Numbered from the stretch's first letter, positions 16,907 to 27,892 are shown. The stretch is DNA of 64,000 bases from Alphaproteobacteria bacterium (GCA_965204765.1 CBDBFG010000004.1:451402-515401); one strand, 5' to 3'. Translations and numbers: made by a program. The notes: generated by a model from the letters alone, not told the origin.

Positions 16907-18691
16907 ATGGCTAATACTATAGGCGGTAGTTTGCATACAGCCATGAAAGAACAGGAATTGTTAGTGCAAAATATCCAGCAAGCTAGTGATCCCAATTATT
17001 CACGGAAAATATCTGCTACAGAAACTTTAGTCTCAGATGGTGAGGTTGTAGATGTTAAGCCCGGTGTGGTAACAAGAGCGGCTGACTTTTTTCGAGAGCG
17101 AACTATCAGAGAACAAAAATCAGAGGCAAGTTATCTAGAGGTTTTAGCGACAATATATAATAGAATAGAAGGTAGATTGGGTCAGCCAGGAGATGACACT
17201 TCCCTGGGTTCAAGAATAAAATCAGTGGCCAATAAATTAACAGCATTACATAGTGAGCCAGAAAATCATGATTTGGTTACCCATTTTATAAGGGAGTTAA
17301 AGGATACTGTTGGGTACATCAATAATATGGGTAACTTTTATCAATCGCAAAGAGAGCAAGCAGAAAGCAGTATCAAACAAGCAGTAGATAATATCAATGG
17401 TATTTTACAAGAATTACGTAAAGTGAATGATTCTATTACTAAGGTAGATGCAAGTGATATAGCTACTTATCAAGATTTGCAAGATAAATTGTTAAAAGAT
17501 TTATCGCAATATGTAGATTATAATTGTTTTTATAATACTGATGGTACGGTGTCGGTAGATATTAATGGTGGTCATGCGTTATTGCGTCCTCAATTTGCTG
17601 CTACTCTTGCTTTTCAGCCTGTGGCTGCTATCGGACCTCTCAATGAAAACTCAACACTAGGAAAATTATATATAGATGGGGAAAATGTTACTGGTTCTAT
17701 CTATGGTGGAGAGGTTGGGGCGTTTTTTCATATTCGTGATTTTGTTTTGCCTAATTTACAGGCTGAACTTGATGAATTTTCTGTACAATTGCGTGATATG
17801 ATTAATGCTGTGCACAATAAAGGTGTAGGTAAAGAAACAAATAGCAGTCTTACCAGTACACGTGCCTTTAATGCTCCCGGAGTCGAAGTAATGCGCATGG
17901 ATAGTGCCGTGCGTATTGCTATTATGGATGCGGACAATCAGATAGTTGCAGATGTACTAGATCTTGATTTAAGTGATCGTGATTATACTATTACAGAGGT
18001 TGTAACGTTAATAAACAATCATCTGGTGGCAGAGGGAATAGGTACTGCAATCATAGATAGTGGTAAAGTTGTCATTACCGCTAATGATAATAGCCATGGT
18101 GTGGCAATCGTATCCTTGGCTGCACAAGAGGCAAAAGAAACGACCACAGGGCTGGGATTTTCGCATTTTTTTGGTTTTAATGATCTATTACAAACAGGCA
18201 CTAGGTATGTGCAAGATGGTAATCCAGTAAAAGCAGGCATTGCGCAACAGTTATCTGTTAATCCGGATATATTACAAAATTATCACTTATTATCTTCTGG
18301 TTCACTATCGCAAGAGGTAAATATAGACATTGGCGATAAAGCCATAGAATTTGGTAATCCTGAAGTTATACATGAATTGAAAAGTGTGTTAGATTTTGAA
18401 CGCATAGGGTTTGCCGATGCTGGTGCTATGCTACACAGGACCGATACTATGGTTGGGTTTGCTAACGCCATGTGGCAGCATACTTTATTAGATATAAGAA
18501 ATGTCAAAGACGATTTAGATATCCAACAAACAACATTAAAAAAAACCGAGCAGGAATTAAGGGATAATGTTGGCGTGGATATTGAAAAGACCTATGAACA
18601 GTTTTTTAATTTACAATATTTGATTAGAGCCTTGCATGAACTGCGCAAAGCAGATTATGAGGCAAAAATGCGTTTAGTAAGTATTTTTTAA
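16907..18691 (+). CDS. flgK: Flagellar hook-associated protein 1, FlgK
   Basis: 594 aa. The N-terminus (L.TA...Q..L.V...NI.N...P.YSR) and the C-terminal heptad region are typical of HAP1. Confidence 0.85.
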   Translation: MANTIGGSLHTAMKEQELLVQNIQQASDPNYSRKISATETLVSDGEVVDVKPGVVTRAADFFRERTIREQKSEASYLEVLATIYNRIEGRLGQPGDDTSLGSRIKSVANKLTALHSEPENHDLVTHFIRELKDTVGYINNMGNFYQSQREQAESSIKQAVDNINGILQELRKVNDSITKVDASDIATYQDLQDKLLKDLSQYVDYNCFYNTDGTVSVDINGGHALLRPQFAATLAFQPVAAIGPLNENSTLGKLYIDGENVTGSIYGGEVGAFFHIRDFVLPNLQAELDEFSVQLRDMINAVHNKGVGKETNSSLTSTRAFNAPGVEVMRMDSAVRIAIMDADNQIVADVLDLDLSDRDYTITEVVTLINNHLVAEGIGTAIIDSGKVVITANDNSHGVAIVSLAAQEAKETTTGLGFSHFFGFNDLLQTGTRYVQDGNPVKAGIAQQLSVNPDILQNYHLLSSGSLSQEVNIDIGDKAIEFGNPEVIHELKSVLDFERIGFADAGAMLHRTDTMVGFANAMWQHTLLDIRNVKDDLDIQQTTLKKTEQELRDNVGVDIEKTYEQFFNLQYLIRALHELRKADYEAKMRLVSIF

Positions 18692-18727
18692 TGGAAATGA
18701 TTATCAATAATAATCCAGGAGAAGATA

Positions 18728-19693
18728 ATGACTATCCACAAATCATCATATTTAGCAGACAGTTCTGCGGTACAAAAAGGAATGCAAGAAGCAAGCACTA
18801 GGTTATCACAATCTGTTAAACGTGCTTCGTCGGGAGGAAGTTCAGCTAATTATTCTGACCAGGCCATTGTTAATAATGTAAATGCTGTGAACAGTATGCA
18901 GCAAACTATACTAGAATGTTCTACTATGTTACATAACATAGATAAGGTGTCTGGACGTATAAAAGTTTGCTACGGCATTAATGATAGAATTATGGATATT
19001 GCAAACGAAGTGCATGTTAGGGCAGTGCAAAATACAGCTGTATCACCGGATCATAGATTTGCATCTTTTTGCCAGGAAAGATTGGATGAATTGGAAAGAT
19101 TACTTAATACACAAAGTCCAATAGACGGGGTATCAGTGATGGGTGAGGGGAATACTAGTGATAAGGTAGTAGATTTTGCTGTCCTAACTGTACCCAACCA
19201 TGATGATCAGCCCACAGATACGGATTATTATGTTGGGGCTAATGGTAGTAAAAACTTTATTTTAATGGATAACTCAGTACGAGAGTATGGTGTATCGGCA
19301 CGAGACGATGGCCTACGAGATTTAATATTTTTCTTAAAGATGGGTACAAGTATAGAGGGTTATGACGAACAAGGTATGCTGTCAGATGAGGATGCAAATA
19401 TTTTATCCGCTGTTAAGGATGGGTTATCGGCTGTATCAAAGCGATTATCTTCTATTAAATTAGAGCTAGGCGAACAAATGAAAAATCTTGATTCATATAA
19501 AGATACAGTGGAAACATTACAGATGGAGAGTTATGAGCAAAGCTCAAAATTGCGTAATTGTACCACGGAAGATTTAGTAAAAAATCTTCACGAAATGAAC
19601 CAAAACATGATGGAAGTAGAGCTAGGACAAACTTTGAATGCCAAATTATTAGAGATACGCTCTCGTCTTGCCAGTGTGTATAATTATGTTTAG
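18728..19693 (+). CDS. flgL: Flagellar hook-associated protein 3, FlgL (flagellin-like)
   Basis: 321 aa immediately after flgK. The helical N- and C-termini are flagellin/HAP3-like. Confidence 0.65.
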   Translation: MTIHKSSYLADSSAVQKGMQEASTRLSQSVKRASSGGSSANYSDQAIVNNVNAVNSMQQTILECSTMLHNIDKVSGRIKVCYGINDRIMDIANEVHVRAVQNTAVSPDHRFASFCQERLDELERLLNTQSPIDGVSVMGEGNTSDKVVDFAVLTVPNHDDQPTDTDYYVGANGSKNFILMDNSVREYGVSARDDGLRDLIFFLKMGTSIEGYDEQGMLSDEDANILSAVKDGLSAVSKRLSSIKLELGEQMKNLDSYKDTVETLQMESYEQSSKLRNCTTEDLVKNLHEMNQNMMEVELGQTLNAKLLEIRSRLASVYNYV

Positions 19694-19776
19694 AATATTG
19701 TAAAATACTGTTGAGGCACATAAAGTATTAAGTTATAACTGCTTCGGGATTAATTATTAAGTAAGTGAGGATTTGG

Positions 19777-20346
19777 ATGTCAAAAAAGGGCGTTAAGCAA
19801 GATAATAATTTAGGGGAAGACCTAGATAAAAGTGAAAATGACAGTCAACCTATAGACGAAAAAAATACTGCACAAGATGAGAATAATATCACCGAAGAAG
19901 CAAGTTTAGAGTCGCAATTGGCCGAAACGAAAGATCAGTTATTGCGCGCATTAGCAGAAGTAGAAAATACTCGTAAACGTGCTAAACGAGAAAAAGAGGA
20001 TACGGCACAATATGCAATCACTAAGTTTGCCAGAGATATGTTAACAGTTAATGATAACTTGGAAAGAGCTATAAAAAGTGTGAAAAATAAAGATCATGAA
20101 GAAATCAAATCTTTGCTAGAAGGAATTGAGATTACCCAGAAGGAGATTAATAGTATTTTTACAAGATATGCTATTAGCCAGGTAAAATCTGTGGGTGAGA
20201 AGTTTGATCCTAATTTTCATCAAGCTATGTTCGAAGTTGAGGACCAAGATAAAGAGGCTGGTATAGTCATAGAAGAAGTACAAACAGGCTATAAAATTGC
20301 TGATCGTTTACTAAGACCTGCTATGGTTGGTGTGGTGAAGAACTAA
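19777..20346 (+). CDS. grpE: Nucleotide exchange factor GrpE
   Basis: LLRALAEVENTRKRAKRE, FDPNFHQA and GY....RLLRPAMV motifs. An ATG at 19777 is preceded by GTGAGGA; the ORF track starts at 19765. Confidence 0.9.
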   Translation: MSKKGVKQDNNLGEDLDKSENDSQPIDEKNTAQDENNITEEASLESQLAETKDQLLRALAEVENTRKRAKREKEDTAQYAITKFARDMLTVNDNLERAIKSVKNKDHEEIKSLLEGIEITQKEINSIFTRYAISQVKSVGEKFDPNFHQAMFEVEDQDKEAGIVIEEVQTGYKIADRLLRPAMVGVVKN

Positions 20347-20626
20347 CATATTTGTTTCGTTCTCTCTAATTTAACTAGTGAAGTAATTAAATAGATATTG
20401 TTGAGGCCGCTGTATTATCGGTTATGGCGGTTTCAAAAAAAATATGATGTATACGCGCATCGTCTCACTAATCCGTTATGTGCTGTTTTGCATACCTTGT
20501 GAATCAGTACGATTGGGCTAGATGTTATTTCCGCTAAAGAAGGATGAATAGGTACACACGCATCAATCTAGAGATATTTAAATACCAGCATAATAGATAT
20601 GAGTTATGTACGCAGTTTCGTAATTG

Positions 20627-21301
20627 CTAGAATATTTTGGCGGCAATAATTGCCACTTTTATACCAAATGCTATCAGAATAACGCCCGTTACCCTGTTCA
20701 GCCACTTACCAGCCTTGTGGAATATTTTTCTTATTTTAGGATTGGAGAAAAATATAGCAACAAACAAAAACCAAGATGATGCGATAGCAACTATAGTGCC
20801 GCCATACATTATTTTTGCATAGGTCGCGGTGTTATTGGTGACATAACTTGATAATATCCCGATGAATAATAAAATCACCATTGGATTCAAGGCATTGGTT
20901 AACAGTCCAGATTTAAACGCTTGCCAGTTACTTATATGAGAAGTGTGTTCGGTTGTGTCTAATGCTTTATCAACTTCTGGTTTGGCGGTTTTAAACAGGC
21001 TATAGCCAATGTACACCAGATATAAGGCGCCGGTTAATTGAATGGCGCGAAATAGCCAGGGTACGTTGGTGATAAGGTAGCTAATACCGGTAATAGTATA
21101 GATAAAATGTAGTGACATTCCGGTTACGGTACCCAATGCACTATATATTCCAGCTTTTCTGGAATGTAAGATGCTATTTTTCATAGTAATGGCCATATCT
21201 GGTCCTGGACTGACTACGGTAATAAAATAGATATATGCAATTGCTCTTACGCTGGCATAGTAAGCACTTAAATCTAATAAGATCATCTCTTTATCAAACA
21301 C
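20627..21301 (-). CDS. LysE/RhtB family amino-acid exporter
   Basis: 224 aa with 5-6 TM segments. The N-terminal PGPD motif (VVSPGPDMA) and overall layout fit the LysE family. Confidence 0.75.
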   Translation of the reverse strand: MFDKEMILLDLSAYYASVRAIAYIYFITVVSPGPDMAITMKNSILHSRKAGIYSALGTVTGMSLHFIYTITGISYLITNVPWLFRAIQLTGALYLVYIGYSLFKTAKPEVDKALDTTEHTSHISNWQAFKSGLLTNALNPMVILLFIGILSSYVTNNTATYAKIMYGGTIVAIASSWFLFVAIFFSNPKIRKIFHKAGKWLNRVTGVILIAFGIKVAIIAAKIF

Positions 21302-21336
21302 AAATTATCCTGTAGTATCTAGCATACAATGTTAAA

Positions 21337-21822
21337 ATGTGTCAAAATAAAATGAGAAAATTAAAATTACTAAATTTTGCTGCTGTTATGATTTTCTTGT
21401 GCTTTGATACGCGTGTTGATGCGGTAAGGGCACGGAAAATACCGAGGTTTGTTAGCTTAAATTTTAATTTTGTTAAATTACGTTATGGTCCAGGTAAACA
21501 ATATCCTATTAAATGGATTGTGCGTTTTAAAGGTATGCCAGTAAAGATTATTGCTGAATATGAAACCTGGCGACAAATACAGTGTTTTGATAATACCGTT
21601 GGCTGGATTCATAAAAGCTTACTGACCGGGAAAAGAAGTGTAATAATTACAGATAAAGTTAATTTGTTTAGTTCTTCTAGTCTTGATTCTACGATAGTTG
21701 CACAGGTGTTACCTTATAATATTGCTAGTATAAAATTAAAAAAATCTACGAAGCATTCTATTTATGTTACGTTAAATAATTTATCTGGTTGGGTTGATGC
21801 TAAATGTGTATGGGGATATTAA
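21337..21822 (+). CDS. SH3-like domain protein (alphaproteobacterial COG3807-type), secreted
   Basis: Signal peptide, then RFVSL....V.LRYGPG..YPI.W......PV.IIAEYETWRQI......GWIHKSLL. Confidence 0.65.
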   Translation: MCQNKMRKLKLLNFAAVMIFLCFDTRVDAVRARKIPRFVSLNFNFVKLRYGPGKQYPIKWIVRFKGMPVKIIAEYETWRQIQCFDNTVGWIHKSLLTGKRSVIITDKVNLFSSSSLDSTIVAQVLPYNIASIKLKKSTKHSIYVTLNNLSGWVDAKCVWGY

Positions 21823-21990
21823 AGATCTGAGAGCATATACTTTTGTTTCCTCTAAAATATGGTAGGTAGTAATTATTATTTCACTTTTGTTGCATGCATC
21901 TTGGTGATGTTGTGGGTGCGTTGCAGTGACAATGAGAGTTTTTTCTTGCTTGTGTGATTGTAGTGGTGTATAAATCGCATATACTTTTGA

Positions 21991-22071
<81 letters not shown>

Positions 22072-22081
22072 TATTCCTTAG

Positions 22082-22819
22082 GTGTGGTGTTCTGTGCATT
22101 ATCCGTCTCATTTGATTTCTGGTAAGTTGATTAAGCGTTATAAAAGATTTTTAGCTGATGTCGAGCTTGATAATGGTCAGATAATTACCGCACACTGTGC
22201 TAATCCTGGTGCTATGATTACGTTACAGGATCAAGGTAGCAAAGTTTTTTTAACCAAAGTTCCTGATAATATTGATCGCAAGCTAAGATATGACTGGATT
22301 TTAATCGAGGTGGATAACGATCTTGTCGGTGTGCACACTTCGCTGACCAATAAAATAGTATATGAAGGGTTGCAACAGGGCACCGTGCAAGAATTAAAAC
22401 ATTACAATGCTATTAAACCTGAAGTTAAATACGGTTTACAGGGTAGTAGAATAGATTTTTTATTATCACAAGAAGAGTATCCTGATTGTTACCTTGAGGT
22501 AAAAAATGTGAATCATATGGAGGAAAAAGGGACTGCCTTATTTCCAGATGCGATTACTAGCAGAGGTACTAAGCACTTGCAAGAGCTTATGTATGTTGTA
22601 AAACAAGGCATGCGTGCCATAGTATTATATGTTGTGCAACGTAATGATTGTAACTATTTTGCTGTAGCAGATAACATAGATAATGTTTATAGTCAGACTG
22701 TTGTACAGGCAAAAAGGGCTGGGGTAGAATTTCTTTGTTATCGATGTCATATCGACTTACAGTCTGTTACTTTATCAAAAAAAATTAAAATTATTGAGGG
22801 TGGTATGTATGACAAATGA
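22082..22819 (+). CDS. sfsA: Sugar fermentation stimulation protein SfsA (DNA-binding/nuclease fold)
   Basis: G.LIKRYKRFLADVELDNG...AHC.NPG signature; 245 aa. Confidence 0.85.
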   Translation: MWCSVHYPSHLISGKLIKRYKRFLADVELDNGQIITAHCANPGAMITLQDQGSKVFLTKVPDNIDRKLRYDWILIEVDNDLVGVHTSLTNKIVYEGLQQGTVQELKHYNAIKPEVKYGLQGSRIDFLLSQEEYPDCYLEVKNVNHMEEKGTALFPDAITSRGTKHLQELMYVVKQGMRAIVLYVVQRNDCNYFAVADNIDNVYSQTVVQAKRAGVEFLCYRCHIDLQSVTLSKKIKIIEGGMYDK

Positions 22820-23603
22820 TTTTATAGTAAAGCAGTTACATACTTGTGGGTATACCATAAATATTTTCAATGAAACAGGGTTTCAAGGTATGCGTAAAGC
22901 AGGTCAATTAGCAGCCAAGGTGTTAGATTACATTGAACCATATGTTACAGTTGGCACTAGTACCGAGCATTTAAATAAACTTTGCCATGACTTTATTGTT
23001 GCGCATGATGCGATTCCTGCTCCGTTAAATTACCGAGGATTTCCTAAGTCTATTTGTACATCAGTAAATCATGTAATTTGTCATGGTATACCTTCGTCAG
23101 AAAAGATACTAAAAAATGGTGATATTATTAATATTGACGTAACAGTTATCCTTGATGGGTGGTATGGTGATACTAGTCGTATGTTCACGTTGGGTAAGCC
23201 TAGCGTGTTATCACAGAAGCTGATTAATGTTACCTATGATTGTTTAATGAAGGCTATAGATATAGCTAGACCAGGTGTTACTTTGGGTGATATCGGTTAC
23301 ACAATTCAATCTTATGCCGAATCCAAAGGTTTTTCAGTTGTACGTGATTTTTGTGGTCATGGTTTGGGAAGGGTCTTTCATGATGCGCCTGAAGTAGTGC
23401 ACTATGGTAGTCCTAATACGGGAGTAGTCCTAGAAGAAGGGATGTTTTTTACCATAGAGCCAATGATAAATGCGGGTAAGAAAGAAGCTAAGATTCTGGC
23501 AGATGGATGGACTGCGGTTACAAGAGATAAATCTTTATCGGCTCAATTTGAGCACTCTATAGGAATTAATGCTACGGGAGTAGAGATCTTTACTGTATCC
23601 TAA
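22809..23603 (+). CDS. map: Type I methionine aminopeptidase
   Basis: Metal-ligand motifs are present: NHVICHG, DIINIDVT, GWYGDTSRMF, CGHGLG, FTIEPM, QFEH. I prefer the ATG at 22809; the ORF track starts at a TTG at 22794. Confidence 0.92.
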   Translation: MTNDFIVKQLHTCGYTINIFNETGFQGMRKAGQLAAKVLDYIEPYVTVGTSTEHLNKLCHDFIVAHDAIPAPLNYRGFPKSICTSVNHVICHGIPSSEKILKNGDIINIDVTVILDGWYGDTSRMFTLGKPSVLSQKLINVTYDCLMKAIDIARPGVTLGDIGYTIQSYAESKGFSVVRDFCGHGLGRVFHDAPEVVHYGSPNTGVVLEEGMFFTIEPMINAGKKEAKILADGWTAVTRDKSLSAQFEHSIGINATGVEIFTVS

Positions 23604-23895
23604 AGGCTGATGTTTGTTTGATAATGGTATAATTAATAACATGCATCAAACAGTTGCATTATTCTCATTGCCAATTCTACCGGGATTACTACTAAGCATT
23701 GGTTATACAATAAGAAAGATAGATAACAAGTATGTAATATAGAAATTTTCTATGAATTATGAATGGATAATGAAGTTAGACTTTCTTTTTTGTGTCTGTG
23801 AAGACTGATGATAGTTGCTACAATATGAAAGTTTTACTAATATGAATTACAATACAGCAGCCATATAATTTAGGTATGGAGTGGAGTGAATTTGC

Positions 23896-24309
23896 TTAAT
23901 GCGATGAATTGTATTGATGACGTTTAGCACGGCATTGTTCATATAAATCTAGTATAGCATGTATCGTGAACAAAGCGCTTCCTACTAAGAATGCTGGTCC
24001 ATATTTATTGTGTATACCCCATGACTCATCTATTTCAATATTGGCATACAGAAATGATATAGATCCGGACAGGCATAGTGCACTTTTGAATATTTTATAG
24101 CTTTTTGTAGATTCAAATGACGGTTTTGTGCTTTGGGTGTGTCTAATTAAAGTATCATCATCTTCATGATGCTGTGGTGGCCACGTATTGCCCATTGAGA
24201 TCATCAATAATAGTGAAAATAAACTGTGCTTGAAAATAAATCCTTTAGCTGTTGATAGCATGACTGTATAGCAGGAAAAATAGGTGTATGCAATTTTATT
24301 AACCGTCAT
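23896..24309 (-). CDS. Hypothetical membrane protein
   Basis: 137-aa ORF with 2-3 hydrophobic segments. No recognisable motif. Confidence 0.3.
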   Translation of the reverse strand: MTVNKIAYTYFSCYTVMLSTAKGFIFKHSLFSLLLMISMGNTWPPQHHEDDDTLIRHTQSTKPSFESTKSYKIFKSALCLSGSISFLYANIEIDESWGIHNKYGPAFLVGSALFTIHAILDLYEQCRAKRHQYNSSH

Positions 24310-24504
24310 TGTTGTAATAGTTCATTGGTGCGAATGATGATTTTATCTTTGTCTAGAGACATGTACATCATTGAAAGTATTTATAACTATAGATTATTGA
24401 GGCAAAGATACCTTGCGACTCAATAGATGTGAAAAGCACATAGCGGTATAGCCATTATGTATGATGTGGCAAGTAATATGGCTAGTAAGATTGCAATAGA
24501 ATAT

Positions 24505-25382
24505 TTATTTTTTGATTAATTTATTTTGAATTGCAGCTTTCGTTGGTAGTTTTAGTTCCCATGCTAAACCTAGTTTTTCCATGAATTTTATTACTATATA
24601 TGAAAAATCAATTTGCCAAAATTTTAATCCATGACGTGAAGAATAGGGAAAAGCATGATGATTATTGTGCCAGCCTTCACCAAGAGAAAGTATAGCCACA
24701 ATAAAGTTATTTTTGCTGTTGTCCTTTGATTGAAACAGCTTTTTACCTATCAAATGGCATAATGAATTTACGGACCATGTCACATGGTGCCAAGCGCATA
24801 GTCTGATTATTCCTCCCCACAGAAATCCAGATAGAAACCCATACCAATTTTGTGCGATAATGCCGCCTATTATTGCCGGTAACAGCAATCCTATTAACAT
24901 CCATAATCCGTACTTGTTTTGGATTTTGATTAGGGTTATATCTTTACTAATATCTTTTATTACTTGAAGATATTTCTCTTCTGGTAACGGTTTGAATATC
25001 CATCCCATGTGTGAATGAAGAAAACTTTTAATCCTGCCGAAAATCCTTTGTTTAGCACAGGGGAATGTGGATCTCCGTCTCTATCTGTGAAATGGTGATG
25101 TATTCTGTGTGAACCAACCCAAAATTTTAAATTTCCTTGTCCCGCCATAGAGCCCAGGATGCATAATGTGTATTTCATGATCTTATTAGTTTTAAAACTC
25201 ATATGGGCAAAATACCTATGGTATCCAATCGTAATACCAAAAGCAGAGATTAAATAAAACACAACGAACAAGGTTATATCAGTTGTGCTGACACCGTTTA
25301 TAATCGAGTTTGCCACAGCGATTACTAGGCCTATATTTATTGCAGTTATTCCTGAAATTGTCTTAATTGATAGCATGTTCAC
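24505..25382 (-). pseudogene. Acyl-CoA/acyl-lipid (delta-9 type) fatty-acid desaturase, interrupted by a 1-nt frameshift in a T4 run (plus-strand A4 at 25040..25043)
   Basis: The three His boxes are split over two overlapping ORFs: HRYFAH and HRIHHH in 24960..25382, HNNHH in 24505..25008. The downstream frame reads upstream as FGRIKSFLHSHMGWIF, joining directly to ...DPHSPVLNKGF of the first frame. Confidence 0.8.
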
Positions 25383-25565
25383 ATTCCACTAACTAGTATT
25401 TAAAGTACAGTATTTTTTTTAACAGGTACAGACAGCTTGTATCGTACTTATTATTCTCTTTATCTTCATATTAATTAAATATTAAGATGCTAAACGTTAA
25501 GGTAATTAAAGTTTCATATAGCGTCAAGTATTTTTGTATCTGATCAATCAAGTATCAAGCGTCTA

Positions 25566-27890
25566 CTATTGATCAATAAGGTGGATAGCATCCTGTAGTG
25601 TTAATTCTAAGAAATTCATATCTTTAGGGATAGAAGTAAATTTATTTTGATATTTTATATACGGTCCAAACCTTCCTTGTCCTAATAGTATCTCTTGTTC
25701 GGTTTTTGGGTGTTGACCTAAAGTTTTTGGTAATGTTCCTAAGATCATAGCCTGTTCTAATGTTACGGATTCTGGTGCTATATTTTTTGGTATAGAGGCA
25801 CGTTTAGGTTTTTGTTTGGGTTTTGCTTCGTCCCATTGTATGTAAAAACCATATGGTCCTTGGCGCAAGGTTATATCAAGTTTGCTTTCTGAGTCGGTAC
25901 CTAATAATTTAGGAGCAAACTTTTCTGTTTGTTCTGTATTATTTTCTTGCCCAGATTGTTTAGAAGAGTTTGCTTTTTTATTAAGCTGTTTTGTATAATT
26001 GCAATCAGGATAGTTAGAGCATCCAATAAATGCGCCAAATTTACCTAGTTTTAGGCTTAGTTCTCCATCAGAGCATTGTTGGCATAATCTATCAATTTTG
26101 CGTGTTTCGTCTTGGCTAAATAAAAATTGCTCTAGGGATTTATTGAGCAGGTTGATCACATCAGTAATTTTTAAATCAGTAGTAGAGTCAACGTTACTTT
26201 TAAAGGAATTCCAAAAGTCGTCCAGTGTTTTGATCCAGTCTTTATTGCCATCGGCAATATTATCAAGCTTTTCCTCTAGATTAGCAGTAAAATCATATTC
26301 TAGATATTTTGTAAAATATGTCATTAGAAATGAAGTTACTATTCTGCCTAATGCTTCCGGTATTAGTTGTTTTTTCTCTATTTTGACATAATTGCGATCT
26401 GTTAAAGTTGAAATGGTAGAGGCGTAGGTAGATGGTCTGCCTATACCTAGTTCTTCTAATTTTTTTACAATTGATGCTTCTGTATATCGTGCTGGAGGTT
26501 TGGTGAAATGTTGGTTAGGTTCTATTTTAGCTAACGATGCTTTTTCGTTTACGAGAACACTAGGCAAGATGCCGTTATCATCTTCACTATCAGAATCTTT
26601 GCCTTCTTCATAAATTTTAAGGAAACCATCGAAATCGATGGTAGTACCACTTGCTTTGAATGCGGCTTGTTTATTATCTGATTCAATTTGAATGATGACT
26701 TGCTTTAAGATAGCAGATGCCATTTGTGAGGTTAACATTCTTTTCCAAATGATATCATAAAGTTTCAGTTGATCATTATCTAAACAAGATTTTATTGCAT
26801 TAGGGATAAGGGCAATATCAGTTGGTCTAATTGCCTCATGAGCTTCTTGTGCATTTTTAGATTTGCTTTTATATAGAATGGGTTTTGGTGAAAGGTAGCG
26901 TTTTGTATAGTTATTTTCAATATGCTGTCTGGTAGTGTTAATAGCATCCTCGGATACGCTGACACTATCAGTACGCATATAAGTTATTAGTCCTTTAGTT
27001 TCACCATTTATTTTTAATCCTTCATACAATTTTTGTGCTATTTGCATAGTTTTTTTGACGCTAAACCCCAGTTTCCTAGATGCTTCTTGTTGTAAGGTAG
27101 AGGTAGTAAAAGGTGCTACAGGATGTCGTTTTAATTGCTTTGCTTCAATATCTGAAATTTGATATGAATAGTTATTTATTTCATTGGTGATCTCTTGTGC
27201 TTGTTCCTGTGAGGTAATAGTAAATTTTTCTAGTTTCTTGTTGTTGAATTTAAACAACTTGGCTTGAAATTGTTTATGTGCAGTTGCGGTGGAAAATAAT
27301 CCACTTATGGACCAATATTCTTGTGTAATAAAACTTTCTATTTCACATTCGCGATCACATATTATTCTTAAAGCAACAGATTGCACTCTACCAGCCGACC
27401 TGCAACCAGGTAATTTACGCCACAATATGGGGGAAATGTTAAACCCAACTAAGTAATCCAGAGCTCTTCTGGTCAAATATGCATCTATCAGATTGTCATC
27501 TAGTGATCTTGGGGTTTGTATTGCATGTAAAATTGCTTTTTTATTAATCTCATTGAATACTACCCTATGTACGGCCTTATTTTGGACAAGCTTACTTTTT
27601 TGTAGAATTTGAATTACATGCCAGGAAATCGCCTCCCCTTCACGATCGGGGTCTGTTGCTAGGATTATTTCATCGGCTTGTTTAGCTTCTGATTTAATAA
27701 TTTGCATTTGTTTTTTTGCTTTGCTATCCATTTCCCAGGTCATGTGGAATTTATTTTCTGGGTTTACGGAGCCATTTTTTGAGGGTAAATCTCGTACGTG
27801 TCCATAACTAGCAATAACCTTGTATTCTTTGCCAAGGTAGTTGTTAATAGTTTTGGCTTTTGCTGGTGATTCTACTATAACTAGTTTCAT
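25566..27890 (-). CDS. topA: DNA topoisomerase I
   Basis: MKLVIVESPAKAKTI start, TOPRIM DPDREGEAI, active-site region GLITYMRTDS, and C-terminal Zn-ribbon-like CQQC...C..C. The ORF-track N-terminal extension to 27989 overlaps dprA and is rejected. Confidence 0.92.
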   Translation of the reverse strand: MKLVIVESPAKAKTINNYLGKEYKVIASYGHVRDLPSKNGSVNPENKFHMTWEMDSKAKKQMQIIKSEAKQADEIILATDPDREGEAISWHVIQILQKSKLVQNKAVHRVVFNEINKKAILHAIQTPRSLDDNLIDAYLTRRALDYLVGFNISPILWRKLPGCRSAGRVQSVALRIICDRECEIESFITQEYWSISGLFSTATAHKQFQAKLFKFNNKKLEKFTITSQEQAQEITNEINNYSYQISDIEAKQLKRHPVAPFTTSTLQQEASRKLGFSVKKTMQIAQKLYEGLKINGETKGLITYMRTDSVSVSEDAINTTRQHIENNYTKRYLSPKPILYKSKSKNAQEAHEAIRPTDIALIPNAIKSCLDNDQLKLYDIIWKRMLTSQMASAILKQVIIQIESDNKQAAFKASGTTIDFDGFLKIYEEGKDSDSEDDNGILPSVLVNEKASLAKIEPNQHFTKPPARYTEASIVKKLEELGIGRPSTYASTISTLTDRNYVKIEKKQLIPEALGRIVTSFLMTYFTKYLEYDFTANLEEKLDNIADGNKDWIKTLDDFWNSFKSNVDSTTDLKITDVINLLNKSLEQFLFSQDETRKIDRLCQQCSDGELSLKLGKFGAFIGCSNYPDCNYTKQLNKKANSSKQSGQENNTEQTEKFAPKLLGTDSESKLDITLRQGPYGFYIQWDEAKPKQKPKRASIPKNIAPESVTLEQAMILGTLPKTLGQHPKTEQEILLGQGRFGPYIKYQNKFTSIPKDMNFLELTLQDAIHLIDQ

Positions 27891-27892
27891 AT

